A stretch of 63,789 bases of DNA, counting the filler, from Kipferlia bialata (Eukaryota), in the NCBI GenBank assembly GCA_003568945.1. It is 6 parts of 6 records of this genome, joined end to end, with 100 filler letters (N's around TTAATTAATTAA, not from the genome) between each part and the next. Parts side by side here need not be neighbours in the genome. Positions count along the whole stretch, not along the records: positions 40,042 to 53,267 come from BDIP01000976.1; positions 53,368 to 59,448 come from BDIP01000997.1; positions 59,549 to 63,789 come from BDIP01000998.1; 3 more parts are not named here. One strand, written 5' to 3'. Positions within the stretch are counted from its first letter, which is position 1, and the number at the start of each line of letters is the position of its first letter. Shown here one piece after another: positions 49,240-63,734 of this stretch. The notes beneath the pieces were generated by a model. That model was not told the origin of the DNA. It was given only the letters and a program-made list of their open reading frames with translations, and did not search any database. Position numbers and translations under genes: made by a program.

Positions 49240-52200
49240 TAGATATAGATACACACACACACATATATATATACTATGCTGGGCATGCTGTCCATATACA
49301 AGGGGTCCAAGGTACTCTTCATGATTTGATTACACACCTTAGAGACGCTCCATATTTGTGATCATGTTACTATATTGTATTTCTATGTCTCACCCAGGCC
49401 TTCTCCGGCGTCCTCCTTCCATCTTTCTCTGCAGAATAATCGAATATGTATACAGCATATTTATATCTTATCTCACCCAGGCCATTATGTAGATCGTGTA
49501 TTCATTATTATCTCCCATACCTCACCCAGGCCTTCTCCGGCATGCTCCTCATCACCCTCAGAGACCTGTTCAGAATAGGAGAGAGGTGCCCCCAGGACGA
49601 CAGGTACAGATATGGATGTACACATTATAGTTTGGTATAGATATGGATATGGATGGTTTAAGAGTAGTATTGTACACGTTGACCAGCCCACTTGAATCCC
49701 ATCACTATACCCTGAAGTACAAGTTCACGTTGCGTTTGCACTCACCCCAGGGACATAGGCTTTGTGACGTGAATATATACATACTCCTCATATACACAGT
49801 GTATAGTAAATAATTGCCTCACCCCAGGGACCTAGCCTTTGTCACGTGGTGTGTGCTTGGTGAGCGTGTGCGTGATGCAGCTGACCAGCAGACCATCATC
49901 GACGCCATCCAGAAGTGCACTAGGTACAGGCTGTTTGCAATAAGTATAAGTATATATATAAATACTTTGTGCGTGAGTTTGGTAGGGACTGAGGAATAGT
50001 CATGTTAGTATCTTAGTATGATTGACCCTGACCCCAGGTACAGAGTGGTCACTGAGAGGGAGAGAGAGAGCACCGGTGCAGCCGAGGTGCCAGAGAACGA
50101 GACTCCCGCCCAGCGCCGCACCAGGGAGAGGGACAGAGACAGAGTGATCGACCTGGACAGCGAGTACTCAGCCCTCGTTGCCCCCTTGAGACGGTGCCTG
50201 GCCTCTGAGCCAGTGTCCCCCACCCTAGCAGAGTACAGGTCTCTGGCATGGACCAAGTCATTCACTAGACTGTGTGCCCTGTCTCTCCTGTCCCTCAGGG
50301 CCGATGAGTCACCCCTACTAGTGGGAGGCACAGGGTGTGGCAAGACCACAGTGGTGACACTGCTGGCTGCATATATGGGCAGATCAGTCACCCAGCTCAA
50401 CTGCCATGAGCACACTGAGACGTCAGACCTCATTGGGTCACTGAGACCTAACAGGAGAGACGGAGAGGCAGAGGCAGAGGAGGATGAGGAGGGACTCTCC
50501 CATGCCCTCTTCTCCTGGGTGGATGGGCCACTGGTATCAGCCATGAAGAGGGGGGACCACTTCCTGATCGATGAGATATCCCTCGCTGGGGACTCTGTCC
50601 TCGAGAGACTCAACTCAGTCCTCGAGCCCAGCAGGTACGGGGGCTCTTCTTGTGCTATACCATCTCGTGGTGTTTCCCACCTTCTTCATACACTGTGTAT
50701 GTGAGTCACCCTCACCACTAGGGAGATCACGATTGCTGAGAGGCCCACCTCTGGGGATGAGGACGTGGTGTCATTCTGTGCCAACCCCTCCTTCAGAATC
50801 ATTGCCACGATGAACCCAGGTACATTTATACCGTAGACAGTGATAGTCCCCCCCCCCCCTCTCTCTCTCTACCCTTAATGTCTGACCCCAGGTGGTGACT
50901 ACGGGTAGAGAGTATATATATACATATATACATACTNNNNNNNNNNNNNNNNNNNNNNNNNNNNNNGTATATATATACATATATACATACTGATGCTGAT
51001 GCTGACCCCAGGTGGTGACTATGGCAAGAGGGAGCTGTCCCCTGCCCTCAGGAACAGACTCACAGAGGTGTGGTGCCCCCAGATAGAGTCGCTGGCAGGT
51101 GCGCATGTGTCTATAATATGTATACAATCATCAGTATACATTGAATGGGAGTGGAGTTGCATCTCCCATAGTTCTATCTCATCACTCTATATCTGTCACA
51201 TGCCACTCACCCCCCAGACTTTGCGACTGTCCTTCTGCACCGGGTGAACACCCAGGTTGTGACGCCCACCCTGATCGACTGTGCCCCCAACCCCTTCACA
51301 GTCACATTCACAGCCGACATGGCCGCTAGACTGGTCTCTGGTGTCATGGCTGGTATCAGGCACATCAGGGAGAGAGAGGCGGCACCCATCAGGGATGTCA
51401 TCATATCAATCAGAGACGTGCTAGTCATGTCAGACTTCGCAGGTATGGGTGTATAGCTAGTGAGTAGGGTATATGTATAGAGAAATCCCTAGATACATAT
51501 ATTCCCCCACCCCCCAGGCGCTGTCCTTGCCAAGTATATAGCTTGTGATACATATATGTCCTAACCCTCCAGGCGATGTCCTTGCCAAGGAAGTGATATA
51601 TAGATACTCACTTCTGTATACATGTGCCTATATGTCCTAACCCCCCAGGCGCTGTCCTTGCCAAGTGGGGCGATGTCTCTGTCTCTGGTGGCTCTGACCG
51701 AGAGGCACTGCTAAGGGTTGCACTGGTGGAGGGTCTGGAGCTGGCTGTGATTGGCCCCTTACCTGTGCGTACCCAGATGAACCCCACTACATGCACTGCA
51801 GCCAAGGCCAGGATACTGGAGGCTGCACTGCTTGGGGCAGGGCTGGCCACTGACACACCGGCAGACACACTAGGTATGAGTGCTGATAGTTGCATACACG
51901 GTCATGCATATATCACTGACACTCTATCGTATCTCCTGATGGTCTTATGTCTATTCTGCATTGATGATCTATATACCATACCTGACCCCCCAGGTGTTGC
52001 CTCCTACGTCGAGGGCAAGGGTCTGTCTGTGGGTCGGTTCTACATCCACGACAGCGAGGTCAAGACAGAGGCTGCCTCTGCCAAGGAGGAGAGGAAGTCC
52101 TTTGCCTTTGAGGCCCCCACCACCTCCTATAACGCAGTGTGTCTGGGCAGGGCATACCAGATAGAGCGGCCTGTGCTGATGGAGGGTGCCCCAGGGGTGG

Positions 52201-53145
52201 GCAAGACTGCCCTCATCACCAACATTGCATCGGTCACTGGCCACACCCTGGTCAGAATCAACCTCAGCGACCAGACAGACCTGTGTGACCTGATCGGTAC
52301 AGACCTGCCTACAGAGAGTGGTGGGTTCGGGTGGTGCGATGGGCCACTGCTCACAGCCCTGCGCGAGGGTATGTGTCATGTGTATACAGATGTGGAGGGG
52401 TTCTATCCTGTGTCGTATTCACTTATGTAAAAATGTATATATATACATTCCAGTCTGACTTCTAGGCCACTGGGTGCTGCTGGATGAGTTGAACCTGGCC
52501 CCCCAGCCTGTCCTGGAGGGACTCAACTCCATCCTGGACCACAGGTACAGTGCTATATATAGATAGACATATATATGAACAGATATATTCCCAGCTTCAT
52601 GTATATATATATAGAGGATTCAACTCCATCCTTGACCACAGGTACAGTGTTCTATATATTGTATTCGCATGTTCGTACAACCCCTAACCCTCAGAAAGTC
52701 CATCTACGTGCCTGGCCTCGATGAGACTGTCATTGGAGGGGAGGGCTTCCGCATCTTTGCCACCCAGAACCCCATGACGGAGGTGTCAGGCAGGAAGGGA
52801 CTGCCGCAGTCATTCCTCAACAGGTATATAGTGTGTAGATATTCACTACTTTGTATACATATATATGTGTATAATATATACTATATACCATGCATCCATA
52901 ACATTCCTCATTGGATGGGGTCGTAATCCTTCGTCTGTATATTCCCTCATCTCCCCCCCCCCCCTCCGCACCTCTAACAGTACAGATTCACTGCTGCCTA
53001 CCTCCGAGAGCTGGAGCATGAGGACAGAGACATTGTGGTGCGGTCACTGTACCCTGAGCTCACCTCATCTGCCCTCTCTGACAAGGGTGCAGACCTCTCA
53101 GCCAGGCTGTGCCACTTCTGCACAGAGATGGCTGATGTGTGTCAG
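40042..53145 (+). CDS. MDN1: Midasin (Rea1/MDN1) AAA ATPase, internal fragment from the end of D1 through D5
   Basis: EPVLLVGETGIGKT...NLSQQTDVADLLGGFKP; GHWILLDEINLA; FPILLQGATSTGKT...RINNHEHTDLEEYLG; ESPLLVGGTGCGKT...NPGGDYGKRELSPALRNR; RPVLMEGAPGVGKT...GRKGLPQSFLNR. Confidence 0.95.
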
Positions 53146-53204
53146 GTACATTGGATATATACTCATTGATCTACCATTACTCCTGCACAGATACAGCAGA
53201 TGTG

Positions 53205-53235
<31 letters not shown>

Positions 53236-54199
53236 TCTCTCTCTCTCTCTCCCTCTCTCTCTCTCTCNNNNNNNNNNNNNNNNNNNNNNNNNNNNNNNNN
53301 NNNNNNNNNNNTTAATTAATTAANNNNNNNNNNNNNNNNNNNNNNNNNNNNNNNNNNNNNNNNNNNNACCACACACACATACCAGCCTCTCTCTTTGGGG
53401 TACCCTTCCCATCACTGGGGGCGCTGACACAGGTATACGTTTATATGTATATATATAAATATAAAATGTATGAATATACATGAGTATATATACATATATA
53501 CCACATATGCTTATACTTATTGAGCCGAGTTAGACACTTCTATCTGCCCCCTAGCCGGTGACTCGCAATAGACTTATAATTGTCTCACCACTAGAGGCTT
53601 GACGACGTGACTGGGGGTATGTGGACCCCACAGACAGTTAAGAGGGACACTTCGGACGTAACAAGTATGTATACTGCACCTGTATAGAGAGTATCAAGCA
53701 CATCATCGCCACATTATGCTTCCGATTCTCTCTCATTATGTCATATCGAGGTCTAACCTTCAGAAAGACAATCAACAAGATATGACCCGAGTTTCCGAGT
53801 AGATTGGCGCGCAACTCAAGAACTGCTTAGAAGTGAGGTGTCTGTCATCAGTTGCAGTTCCTGCCGTGGCCTTGAGGGTGTGTCGCTAGAGTACAGTGTC
53901 GATAAGACTACTGCGGAGTGTGTGCTAACCAAGTACCACACTAGGTATATTTGGTATGAATATATATTATATATGTAATACTATATATATATGTGATGTG
54001 AACATGGAATGTGCTGACCAAGTACCACATTAGGTATGTTTGATAAGATAATTCCTGATATTAGACATGTGTGCCATAAGGAAACCCACCTACACACACA
54101 CACACATATATATAAATATATATAAGTGGGGGTGTTATCCACGTGGATCTTCTACTCACTATCAATGATTGATTGAAGACGTTCGTATGTACTGGTGTT

Positions 54200-55362
54200 C
54201 TGTCTATGTTGTGCCTTGTAGGAAGACTCATCAACAGGCTCGACATATATGGAGACACACTGCTTAACATCCACGACAAGGGCTGTGACATTCTGACAGG
54301 AGGTGTGAAGGCATATAGTACTGGATTCATACTACATTATACCGTTATAGGATCATCCCGATAATTGTATATGTAAATATCAATGACTCCAATAGCGATT
54401 GACAGAGTATTGTGATATCGAGATGGTGTTCTAATGAATATAGTGTGTATATATGTGCTTGGCTCCATTTCTCTCCCCAGGTGTACATGACTGTGCTCTC
54501 CACCTGCACTACATGGACAAGCCACAGTCACTGGAGGGGTGCTCTCTCCTGTACTCTCTCTCTCCCACAGAGACACTATGGGTACATAAAGAGAATGGCG
54601 TCTTCCACATAGTGACTAGGGGTGTAGACTGTCGGCCAGAGGACACAGATGACTGGGAAATAGGTGGGGTACATGTTGTGGGTATATTAGTTGTAGACCC
54701 AGTATCTAGACAACACATAATTGTTTAGCACTCTCTACCTAGCTATTGACCTGTAGAGTCCTTCGACGCACCCACTTCCCCTGAGGGGATGGAGTGGAAT
54801 ACCAGGGGAATCAAGTCTCTAACAAGAGTCTGGGGCAAGGTGTACATTGAGATTCCCCTTCTGCGTCCCTCTCCCAAGAGTAGGCGTGGCCAGTATACTT
54901 CTTTTGATCTCTTACACTCCTTTGTGATCTGGGAGCTGTCCCTAGACACTCTGGAGTGGAGAGAGGTGCGGAAGTTTCCAGAGTCAGCAAGGTATGGGGA
55001 ATCATTATCCACCCACTGAGCGTCTGTCTCTAAAACCCTAGACCTATGTATTAATAGTCGACGGCTATGTCCTCCTACTCTGAATGACAGAGAATGTCAC
55101 GATACCTCTCACAGAAGTGCATTACCTGTATACCTGCTACATTTCAAGTCTCCTTAACCTTAGCCTAACCCTGCTGTCCCTGGAAGACAACTTGCACATC
55201 CTTGATACGTCCATGGACTCCCCGGAGGACTACAAGGACCCGCAGCAAATCGGGGACTCCAACCTCTACCACATCATATACAGTCCAGAGACAGACACTT
55301 GGACAGATGGTGCTATGGTAACGAACCACAATCATATACTCACTACTTCTATATTCAAGTGA
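54200..55362 (+). pseudogene. Degenerate or fragmentary kelch-like beta-propeller gene
   Basis: IWELSLDTLEWREV and HIIYSPETDTWTDG blade ends; I could not splice the frames cleanly. Confidence 0.35.
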
Positions 55363-57531
55363 TATTATTCACACAGTGAATGTCAATCTTGCATTGTCAT
55401 GACCTCAGGTCATCGACCTGAGCTTTCCCAAATACCTAGTAGTTCTAATGATAGGTCTACTGTGAGGGAACTGTAGTATGTGTGGTGAACAACGAGATCC
55501 ACATGCAATCAGACAGAGACTGCATTGCAGACTGGAATACCTACACTTCTTCGAGAGGCTGGACACACATGCGCGACACGGGTATGGTATAAACGACTGC
55601 ACTTTATCTTTCCAAAGTAACCTGTGTTGTTATATGAGTGAATTAGTAGAGAAGTTAGAGTTTGCAACAAGTATATATATTATAGTGACAATCTAGTCGA
55701 CGGAATCTCTCGTGAATCTAGACACTTTCAAGTACGTAACGACACCTGATAACTACGTATTCTGTAGAATATATATGTCCTCACACCCGTTCAACTGTAA
55801 CAGTATACATATATATATATATATATATAGATATATATACATGGGTATATGTATATATATATCTTTATCCTTGTCTGTTAAATACTTGCAACAATTGGGT
55901 AGTTCCAAATATCATTGTACACCATTGCTTCTCGTTTGCATCTCATTGGTGTCAGGAAGGTGTCAACGTAATGAGAAGGTCGACTGTTTAGTAGCTCATG
56001 GACGGTATGCCGTTGATACGCAGTACAGTGAGGTAAAGTGTCCCACACCAAAAATCACACTATTTCTAGAACCCTAGTGGGACATATGAAAGACCACATG
56101 TTCCAATATGAATAATCTTTGTCTCTGTCTGTCTCTGTTACCCTCTGTAAATGTACATGTTGAATTCAAGTATTATACTCTGTCTCTCAAGAACTTGTAT
56201 ACTCCCTACCAAAAATGTATTTTACAATACACTCTTAGCAAGTATCCGTTTGTGTATATATATATCTCATTATCTATAAAGAGTCTACATACAAATTGAT
56301 ATGGCATAGACGCCTTGCCTTACCCAGGCCTTTGACACAGTGTCAGGAGAGATATGTACATGGAAGAGAAGATCGGACCCTGAGCGTAGCTCAAGGGGCA
56401 AAGCAATAGGGTGATTCAATGTATATACTGTATATATATATGTATATCGTATATATAGTTTACATTATGTGTCTATATGCATTCGCATAGGATATGGGCG
56501 TTGTACTTTGCAGAGTGAGTCACTGTTGGAGTGACTGTCTTTCGTCAAATACTCAGTGTATCATTCTTCATTGATTCATATAGTGGTTTACTTCTTCATA
56601 CCCCTGATGTGTGTCCTCACCCGTCAGACCAAGTGCGTTCCATGACTCATGTGGCTATGTCACAGGGTCCACGGGCAATCTCTATAGGATGGACGTGGAT
56701 GCCCCAGGTGTGTATGCTCTTTGTGTTACCATTTGCCATGAGTGTACCTAATTAGTGGAAAATGTCTTCACTCTATGTGCTCAGTGTCAGAGAGATTCTT
56801 CCTTTCAACATTTCTGTACTCAATATTGAATACTAGTCATATACAACTCGTATGATACAAGCAATCACCACACAATAGCCCTGTCTTCGTACCCAGTAGG
56901 ACGGTATATCATTTATACTCTAGGCTATATAGTGTCAATAATCCATGATGCCGAATTCACCTCTCTGTTGGGTACCGACAACACTCCAATCTCACCCCAG
57001 GTGATCTGCTATACAACCCACTTAGTGTCCTGGACATACCACGATATATCATCATGTACCAGAAGGACCCAGGGTAAAGAGGGAGAATATAACCCACAGA
57101 TATATGTGAGTGAGTTACCGAGTGAGTAGTGACCCAGTGGGACACTATCCAATATACTGGTCAATCGAGAATACGTGACTACCACTGTCTTGCAATATTC
57201 AATTATTATTAGTTGCAGTAGAATTCCAGTGTCAACTTTTCTGTATGTCGACTATACTCGTCGTCACACTGTTCGATATATCTTCAAACACGAAGGTTTT
57301 GAGTATTGAGCATATGAAGCTCATGTGAAATGTCGACTGGCAACCAAGGAGTCCCATACTCTGCGATATCTCGACTGACTAATAATGACTCCCTCACTCT
57401 GTCGGATACTTCCTCAAGTGGGACGCGCGACGTTCGCTGACAAGTCGCATATGCGCATGATTTTTCCTGTTGAAAACCAGTCGATATTATCGACTGTTTA
57501 TTACCGACTCGATAATCGACTACTGACTCCC

Positions 57532-58723
57532 TCACTCTGGATACTTCTTCAGGGGTCTACCGTACCCTGCCCACTGTAGCGGTCCAGAGTACTCTGCTGG
57601 GTATACAAGGGAGGGGTGGATCTGGAAGGTGGCAACACAACACTCTGTTCCAGATGAGATGCGACGCTGATACACCAACATCCCAGTTCTTCCGTCTAGT
57701 ATAGCAGTGGCTAGTAGTATGGCCCCGTCGGGGGTCACGTCGTACTCATACTCCCTGCGCCAGTATGGCACCTTGCCCCAGTCGTGGCACTCACCTGAGA
57801 CAGTATCTAGCGCATATACCCTCAGCCGGTGGGACTGTCCCAACGGAGTGGCTATAGTCACAACGTACTCTCCTAACACCTGGGTTTACGACTCTCCAAT
57901 GGAATTATTAGAGTTACACACCCAATTGTAGCACCCTCACCTGGAAGGTTAATGCGTTCCTGTAGGGACAAAGTACTCCCACCACCTCATCTTGTGTCAT
58001 GGTTGACACTATGGTGCCATGACCATATGTCAATTGGTGGTATAGAGTTCCCTCATGTGAGGGATCTGCCGCTAATCTGAAGAAACCATCGCAGCAGCCA
58101 GTTCGACCCTGAACCTGCTTCCATGTTCTCTTCTCTGGGTCAAACGTGTAGTCCTCAGGGCGGAATTGGTAGTGACCGCACGACTCCGGCAGACTCATAG
58201 CTACTAGACAGTCTCCAACCAGAGCACACGTGTAGTGTACATGTCTCTCCTCTCGACATCGCCTACCTATATCCTCATTGTATGCAAGCACCGAGTACCT
58301 TCCGGTTGGCCAGACCACTTCTGGCGACCCTAACCTTTGCCGCTTGTTTGATGTAGTATGTATGGGCTGTCTTATCCACTCCCACTCTAAACTATCCAGG
58401 TGCAATACATACACGTCAGTCGTCAGGTGGTGTCCAGCGTATGTCTCAATGGGTGCCGCACAGAAGGCATAGACACAGTCCCTGATACATGTCAGTGCCG
58501 TACACACTGGTAACCCAGGTGGGGGTAGGATCCTTGTCTCCGTGTCTAAATGGAGGGTACCGTCCTTCGCACAACGGGTAAGGTATGTATAGTATCTGGC
58601 TCCGCCGGAACCAACCTCCGTAACTTCACAGAGGACTCTGTTCTCACCCACGTTGACGCATTGTAGAAACTGTAACCCTGCTGGCAGAATGAAGCTCTCC
58701 ATATCCCAGGTCAGAGCCGACAT
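57532..58723 (-). CDS. Kelch-like beta-propeller protein; exons 58723-57941 and 57879-57532
   Basis: One GT-AG intron (57940-57880) joins two ORF-track frames; blades VYVLHLDSLEWEW, YTFDPEKRTWKQ, YALDTVSGECHDWG. Confidence 0.7.
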
Positions 58724-58991
58724 ACACAGAACGTACACGCTAAGAGTACACGACAGGGTGCTTTGGAAGGGAGTCTTGGCTGTATATCCTGCTGTATTGT
58801 GGGTGTAAAGAGGTGACATCCCCTTTACGATAGTATAGCCTTTTAGATACCTGCAAAACTAGTGGACTCGTTCGCTGGAAAAGGGTCAAGCGTGAATTTT
58901 TCTTCGACTGCGTTGGTCGGTGAACGGAAGTGTTCCTCGCTCTTTCTCTTCACTGGTATTTGGGTCAGTAAACATCTGTATCTAGACATCC

Positions 58992-59368
58992 ATGAGTGCC
59001 CGTCGAGGGGGCACTGGGTATCTGTCCCTGGACAGTCCCTCTGGGTTTGTGGGATCAGGGGAGTTTGACCTGGGTGCGCCAATAGAAGAGAGAGAGAGGG
59101 ATAGAGAGAGAGAGACTGGTGGGTACCTTGTGTCTGACTCTGAGAGTGGAGTGAGTGGGTGTGAGTACACAGAGTCTGTGGACGCAGACTATGAGATTGG
59201 CATTGGGGAGGTGTGGGAACTGATATATACATACCCATACATTATGTACCAATTTCAATAACACCTTTGTCTTGCCTGTGTGTCTTAAACCCCTCTCTGC
59301 CTCTCTCTGTCTAACCTTAGGCCATCGAGGAGATCACAGACTGGTTCAACGACTGCCTCCCTGACCAG
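58992..59368 (+). CDS. Hypothetical protein, 3'-partial, divergent from the kelch-like gene
   Basis: MSARRGGTGYLSLDSP...EIGIGE|AIEEITDWFNDCLPDQ spliced in phase; contig ends in poly-C. Confidence 0.45.
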
Positions 59369-59403
59369 GTACTCTCTCTCTCTCTCTCTCTCCATCTGTC
59401 TCT

Positions 59404-59434
<31 letters not shown>

Positions 59435-59593
59435 CCCTCTCCCCCCTCNNNNNNNNNNNNNNNNNNNNNNNNNNNNNNNNNNNNNNNNNNNNTTAATTAA
59501 TTAANNNNNNNNNNNNNNNNNNNNNNNNNNNNNNNNNNNNNNNNNNNNAAATTTTTAACCCCTTTCCCCCCCCCCCCCCCCCCCCACCCCCAG

Positions 59594-62500
59594 GTGGCCT
59601 CACCCGTGTTGTGGCCACAGTCACAGAGGCCGGGAGTGTGGTCATATGCGACACATCCGGTATGGACACGTGTGTATATATTCTCTCATTGGTATATGAG
59701 TAGTTTCTGGTATTAACACTGAGTTCATTTAATTGTATGTGCTATGGTACACTGACCCTCACCCTCCCAGGCCACGAGCTTGTGACTGTGGGCGGTGTGT
59801 CTGCAGAGAGAGAGAGAGATGGGGACAAGACCAAGGACAGGGAGTCCAGGGGCCTGCCCAATGTGTCCAACCTGGGGGACTGTCTCACATGCGTCAGTGT
59901 GCACCCGGCCAAGGAGGTGGGCGATGGCATATGTATACATACCACACGTATATAGTACCAACCCCCCCCTATGTCTATCTCTAAGTATCTTACCCCCCAG
60001 GAGATCCTTGTTGGCACCGCCCTGGGCAGTGTGATATGCATGTCCTCCCTCAGTGGGTCTCTCCTTGGCTACTATGCCGGTGTGCCCTCTGGGTCTGTCA
60101 CCTGTCTGGCACACTCTCCATTGGGCTATGCGGCAGTCGGTAGTGTTGGGAAGGTGGGTGTTGTAGTTGTAGTATCCAGTTGATACTGATACTGATACTG
60201 ATACTACATGTCTGGCACACTCTCCCCTGGGCTATGCGGCAGTCGGTAGTGTGGGCAAGGTATGACATATATACTGATGCTAATACTGATTCTGATACCC
60301 TGGGCTATGCAGCTGTCGGTAATGTGGGCAAGGTATGAGACTGATATCATATCTGTCTCTGTCTCTGTCTCTCTCTATCTATCTCTCGCCCACTGAATAG
60401 AAACATTCACCCATGTACATATATATATATCTAACCCCAGGTTGGCATTCTGCACTGCGTGGGTTGTGTAGTGGTACTACTGTAGTATAGTATACATATA
60501 GTGTCTATTTAGTGTAACCCCCAGGTTGGCATTCTGCACTGCGTGGGTGGGGTTGTCAAGCATGGCTATGTCGAGATGGAGCAGACAAGGCCCAATGAGG
60601 TGGGGGTGGACTGTATATGTGTGTCCCTGACCCAGTGTCATGTTCCTTATATCTATCTATATCTATCTATATACATTACTGTATATCGTTGTATCCCTGA
60701 CCCCCAGGTCATGTTCAACGTGACTGCCCCCGGTGACGACAGGGACACCAAGAGTGACACCAAGGGGGAGAGAGAGGAGGCAGTGGGGTCGGGGGCATTC
60801 ACCACAAACGGGCCCATTGTGGCCATGGCCGGAGGGTTTGGGGCACTCTATGCATCCACAGGGACATCCCTCTACTGCTGGTCACCGCCCTGTGAGGTAC
60901 GGTGTTATATATAATTATATATATATCTACCCGTCGGTTCCTTGCTGTATGTTTCTAAGAGTACTCATCCTCCAGGCCTACCCCGTTGTGTACAATGAGA
61001 CGAGTGTGAGCAGTGCCTGGATAGCCAGTCCGGCATCAAGCACTGACAGGGCAGGAGGTATAAACAGAATGTGTATATATATATGGTATATATAATACTC
61101 ATACGTACACGATGAGTATATAGTATGTAGTGCCTGGATAGCCAGTCAGACATCAAGCTCAGACAGGGCAGGAGGTATGTAGTATGTATTATGATGCATC
61201 CATATTGTGTATATAGCATGTAGTGCCTCCACCCCTCACCCAAGGCAAGGGCATCTCTGACTACCCCTCCTCCCCCGGCCTCTCTCTGGACTCTGGGTCT
61301 GGTCTGTTCAGCCAGAGGGCGTCCAGTGTCAGTGCATCGGGGAACAGTGGGTCGTCAAAGGTATGGGTAGTCTCCTTGACATATTAACATAGAGTACCCA
61401 TGCTAACCCCAGTCCACCCAGCCCAGCTTTCTAGGTTCATAGTAGTATATTTATAGTATATATTTTGTATAATAGTATCTACCATAGTATACAACCCCCC
61501 TTATCCTCCAGTCCACCCAGTCGATGCCCCCTAGGTTCATGGTCCCAGGCCCTGGTGTGTGTGCAGTGAGTGAGGTCTCGGGACACGTGTCTGTATACCT
61601 CACAGGGAATGCATCCGTTAACAAGACAGGTACGGCAGCAGTAGGACACAGTTCTCTCTCTCTCTCTCTCTCTTTGTGTGTGTGTGTGCCGTACTCACCC
61701 CCTAGAGTGCCGCATTGCTGCCCTCCCCCTCTCCCCTGGCCACCTGTCTGTGGTACCCAAGTTGTTGGCTGTAGTGGATAGTGTCATGCCATCGGTGGTC
61801 AGACTCTACGACCCACTCTCAGGTACAGACACATACTGTGTGTACATTATTGATATATCTGTATACACATGTATGTATGGATACCCAACTCTGTGCCGTT
61901 AGCAGCATGCGTACCAGGGTGACATAAGTATCAGTATATACATATACATTATAATTGCATTCATTATGTATATACATTATGTGTTAGACAGATAGATATT
62001 ATCCCTAGGCCGTGAGCTGCATGCCTACCAGGGTGGCATCAGACACACGTGCAGGATAGAGAGGGTGTGCATAGGCACTGACCCCCTGTCCACAGACAGA
62101 CTGCTACTGGCTGTGGTGGATAGCAGTCACTCACTCAGTGTCACACACGTCAGGTGGGTGTGTTGTATTCACTCACTGTGTATACATGTCTTATTGTTTA
62201 CCCCTCTCACCCCCAGACCCCAGTCCCATGCCTCCCCCCTCCCCCTAGTCGCTGTGCCGGGTATAGCCCCAGACGATGGCATATTCATAGAGGGCACAGA
62301 CGCCATGGCCCTGCTGGCTAAGGTATGTGTATGTGTGTATATATGTATATGTTCATATATACATATGTATATATATATATACGTATACCTCTATATATTC
62401 ATAGAGGGCACAGACGCCATGGCCCTGCTGGCTAAGGTACACTCGATTATCTAATGCAAGACAGAGAATGAGTCTCTTTTAGTTTGGCAACTCCCCCTTA

Positions 62501-63521
62501 CCCCCAGGGTGCTGTCCACCTCCACCCCTGCCCAGGCCTGTCCTCATCCCTGTCCACCCTGCAGGTATGATAGTGTTACTTGTAATACACATGTCCCCTA
62601 TTCATGTGTGTTCCATACTCACCCCCCAGGGCACCAGGCTGACCTCTGCCCCGGCTGCTGTCCACATCACAGGCCATGCCAGACTAGTATCTGCCCTGCC
62701 CGCAGTGTACAAGGTATAGTATATGTATTTAGTATTTATAGGATTTCTATATATATATATAAATATACATGCATATTGATACATACTCTGCACCTCTATT
62801 CTATTCACCCTCCCTCACTGTAGAACAGGCACGCCCCCTCCTCTCTCCTCCGTTCCCCAGCTGTCAACGTGGCCCTTCCCTCTGGCAGCACTGTCTCTGT
62901 CGCTGTGCCTGGGATTGCACTCCTCCTCCTCAGCCTGGCATCCCAGGGAGAGTTCGACAAGGTATATGGATACGTAATGTATAGGGTGTATAGTGCCTCC
63001 TACCTTACTTTACCCTCACCCCCCAGGTCCTGCGTCTGGTGCGTGCTGTTGATCAGCAGGCCCTGTTCCTTGTGGCCCATCTACTCGCAGTGGAGAAGGG
63101 GGAGCTGCCAACGGCACTCGCAACAGGTATAGAAGGGTATTCATTACCTTCCAACACTGTTCAGTATATGACGTCTGTATTCCTGCCCGGCGCAATATTG
63201 ATGCAATAGTGAATACTATCTGTATATACTGACCCCCAGCCGGTGCCATGGGTGCCCTGGACACAGCGAGGAGTATCAAGCTGCTCATGGACAAGGTATC
63301 AGGCGGTGTATTTGTAGTCTCAGAGTATATGAGTATGTCATGCACGTCTCTACCTGACCAATGCATTTGAGTATTTCAATGGATTATATCAGTATTGTAT
63401 AGTGATTTGCTCTCACCCCAGAACCCTGGCCCTGAGCTGGATGCCCAGCTGCTTGTGCTGAAGGGCCAGACCTCAGAGGCCCTGGCCATCATGATGAACA
63501 GCGGCATGTACAAGGCAGCAG
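59594..63521 (+). CDS. IFT80: Intraflagellar transport protein IFT80 (WD40 plus helical tail), internal fragment, divergent
   Basis: IVAMAGGFGALYASTGTSLYCWS; LLAVVDSVMPSVVRLYDPLSG...HTCRIERVCI...LAVVDSSHSLSVTHVR; GEFDKVLRLVRAVDQQALF...AQLLVLKGQTSEALAIMMNSG. Order and spacing follow IFT80 (WEDAVRLCRFVK...AHILLFSGNIQEAE). Confidence 0.75.
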
Positions 63522-63734
63522 GTATATATATGATATATATATATACAATGAGTACTGGCTATTATGATGAGCAGTGGCATGTACAAGGCAGCAGGTATAC
63601 ATCTGTATTGACCATGTATATGTATCATTGAATATATAAATCAAGTGGTGATTGTGATGAACAGCGGCATTTACAAGGCAGCAGGTAGAAATCTATTTCC
63701 AATATTCATTCATAAGGGGATTCTATTTTCTTTC

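Noticed and set aside
55400..57500. Scattered exon-like pieces, and a duplicate of the kelch-like gene end (57383 vs 57521)
   Set aside because: Could not be assembled into a frame; probably decayed family fragments.
57880..57940. Apparent frameshift between two minus-strand ORFs
   Set aside because: Explained by a normal GT-AG intron.
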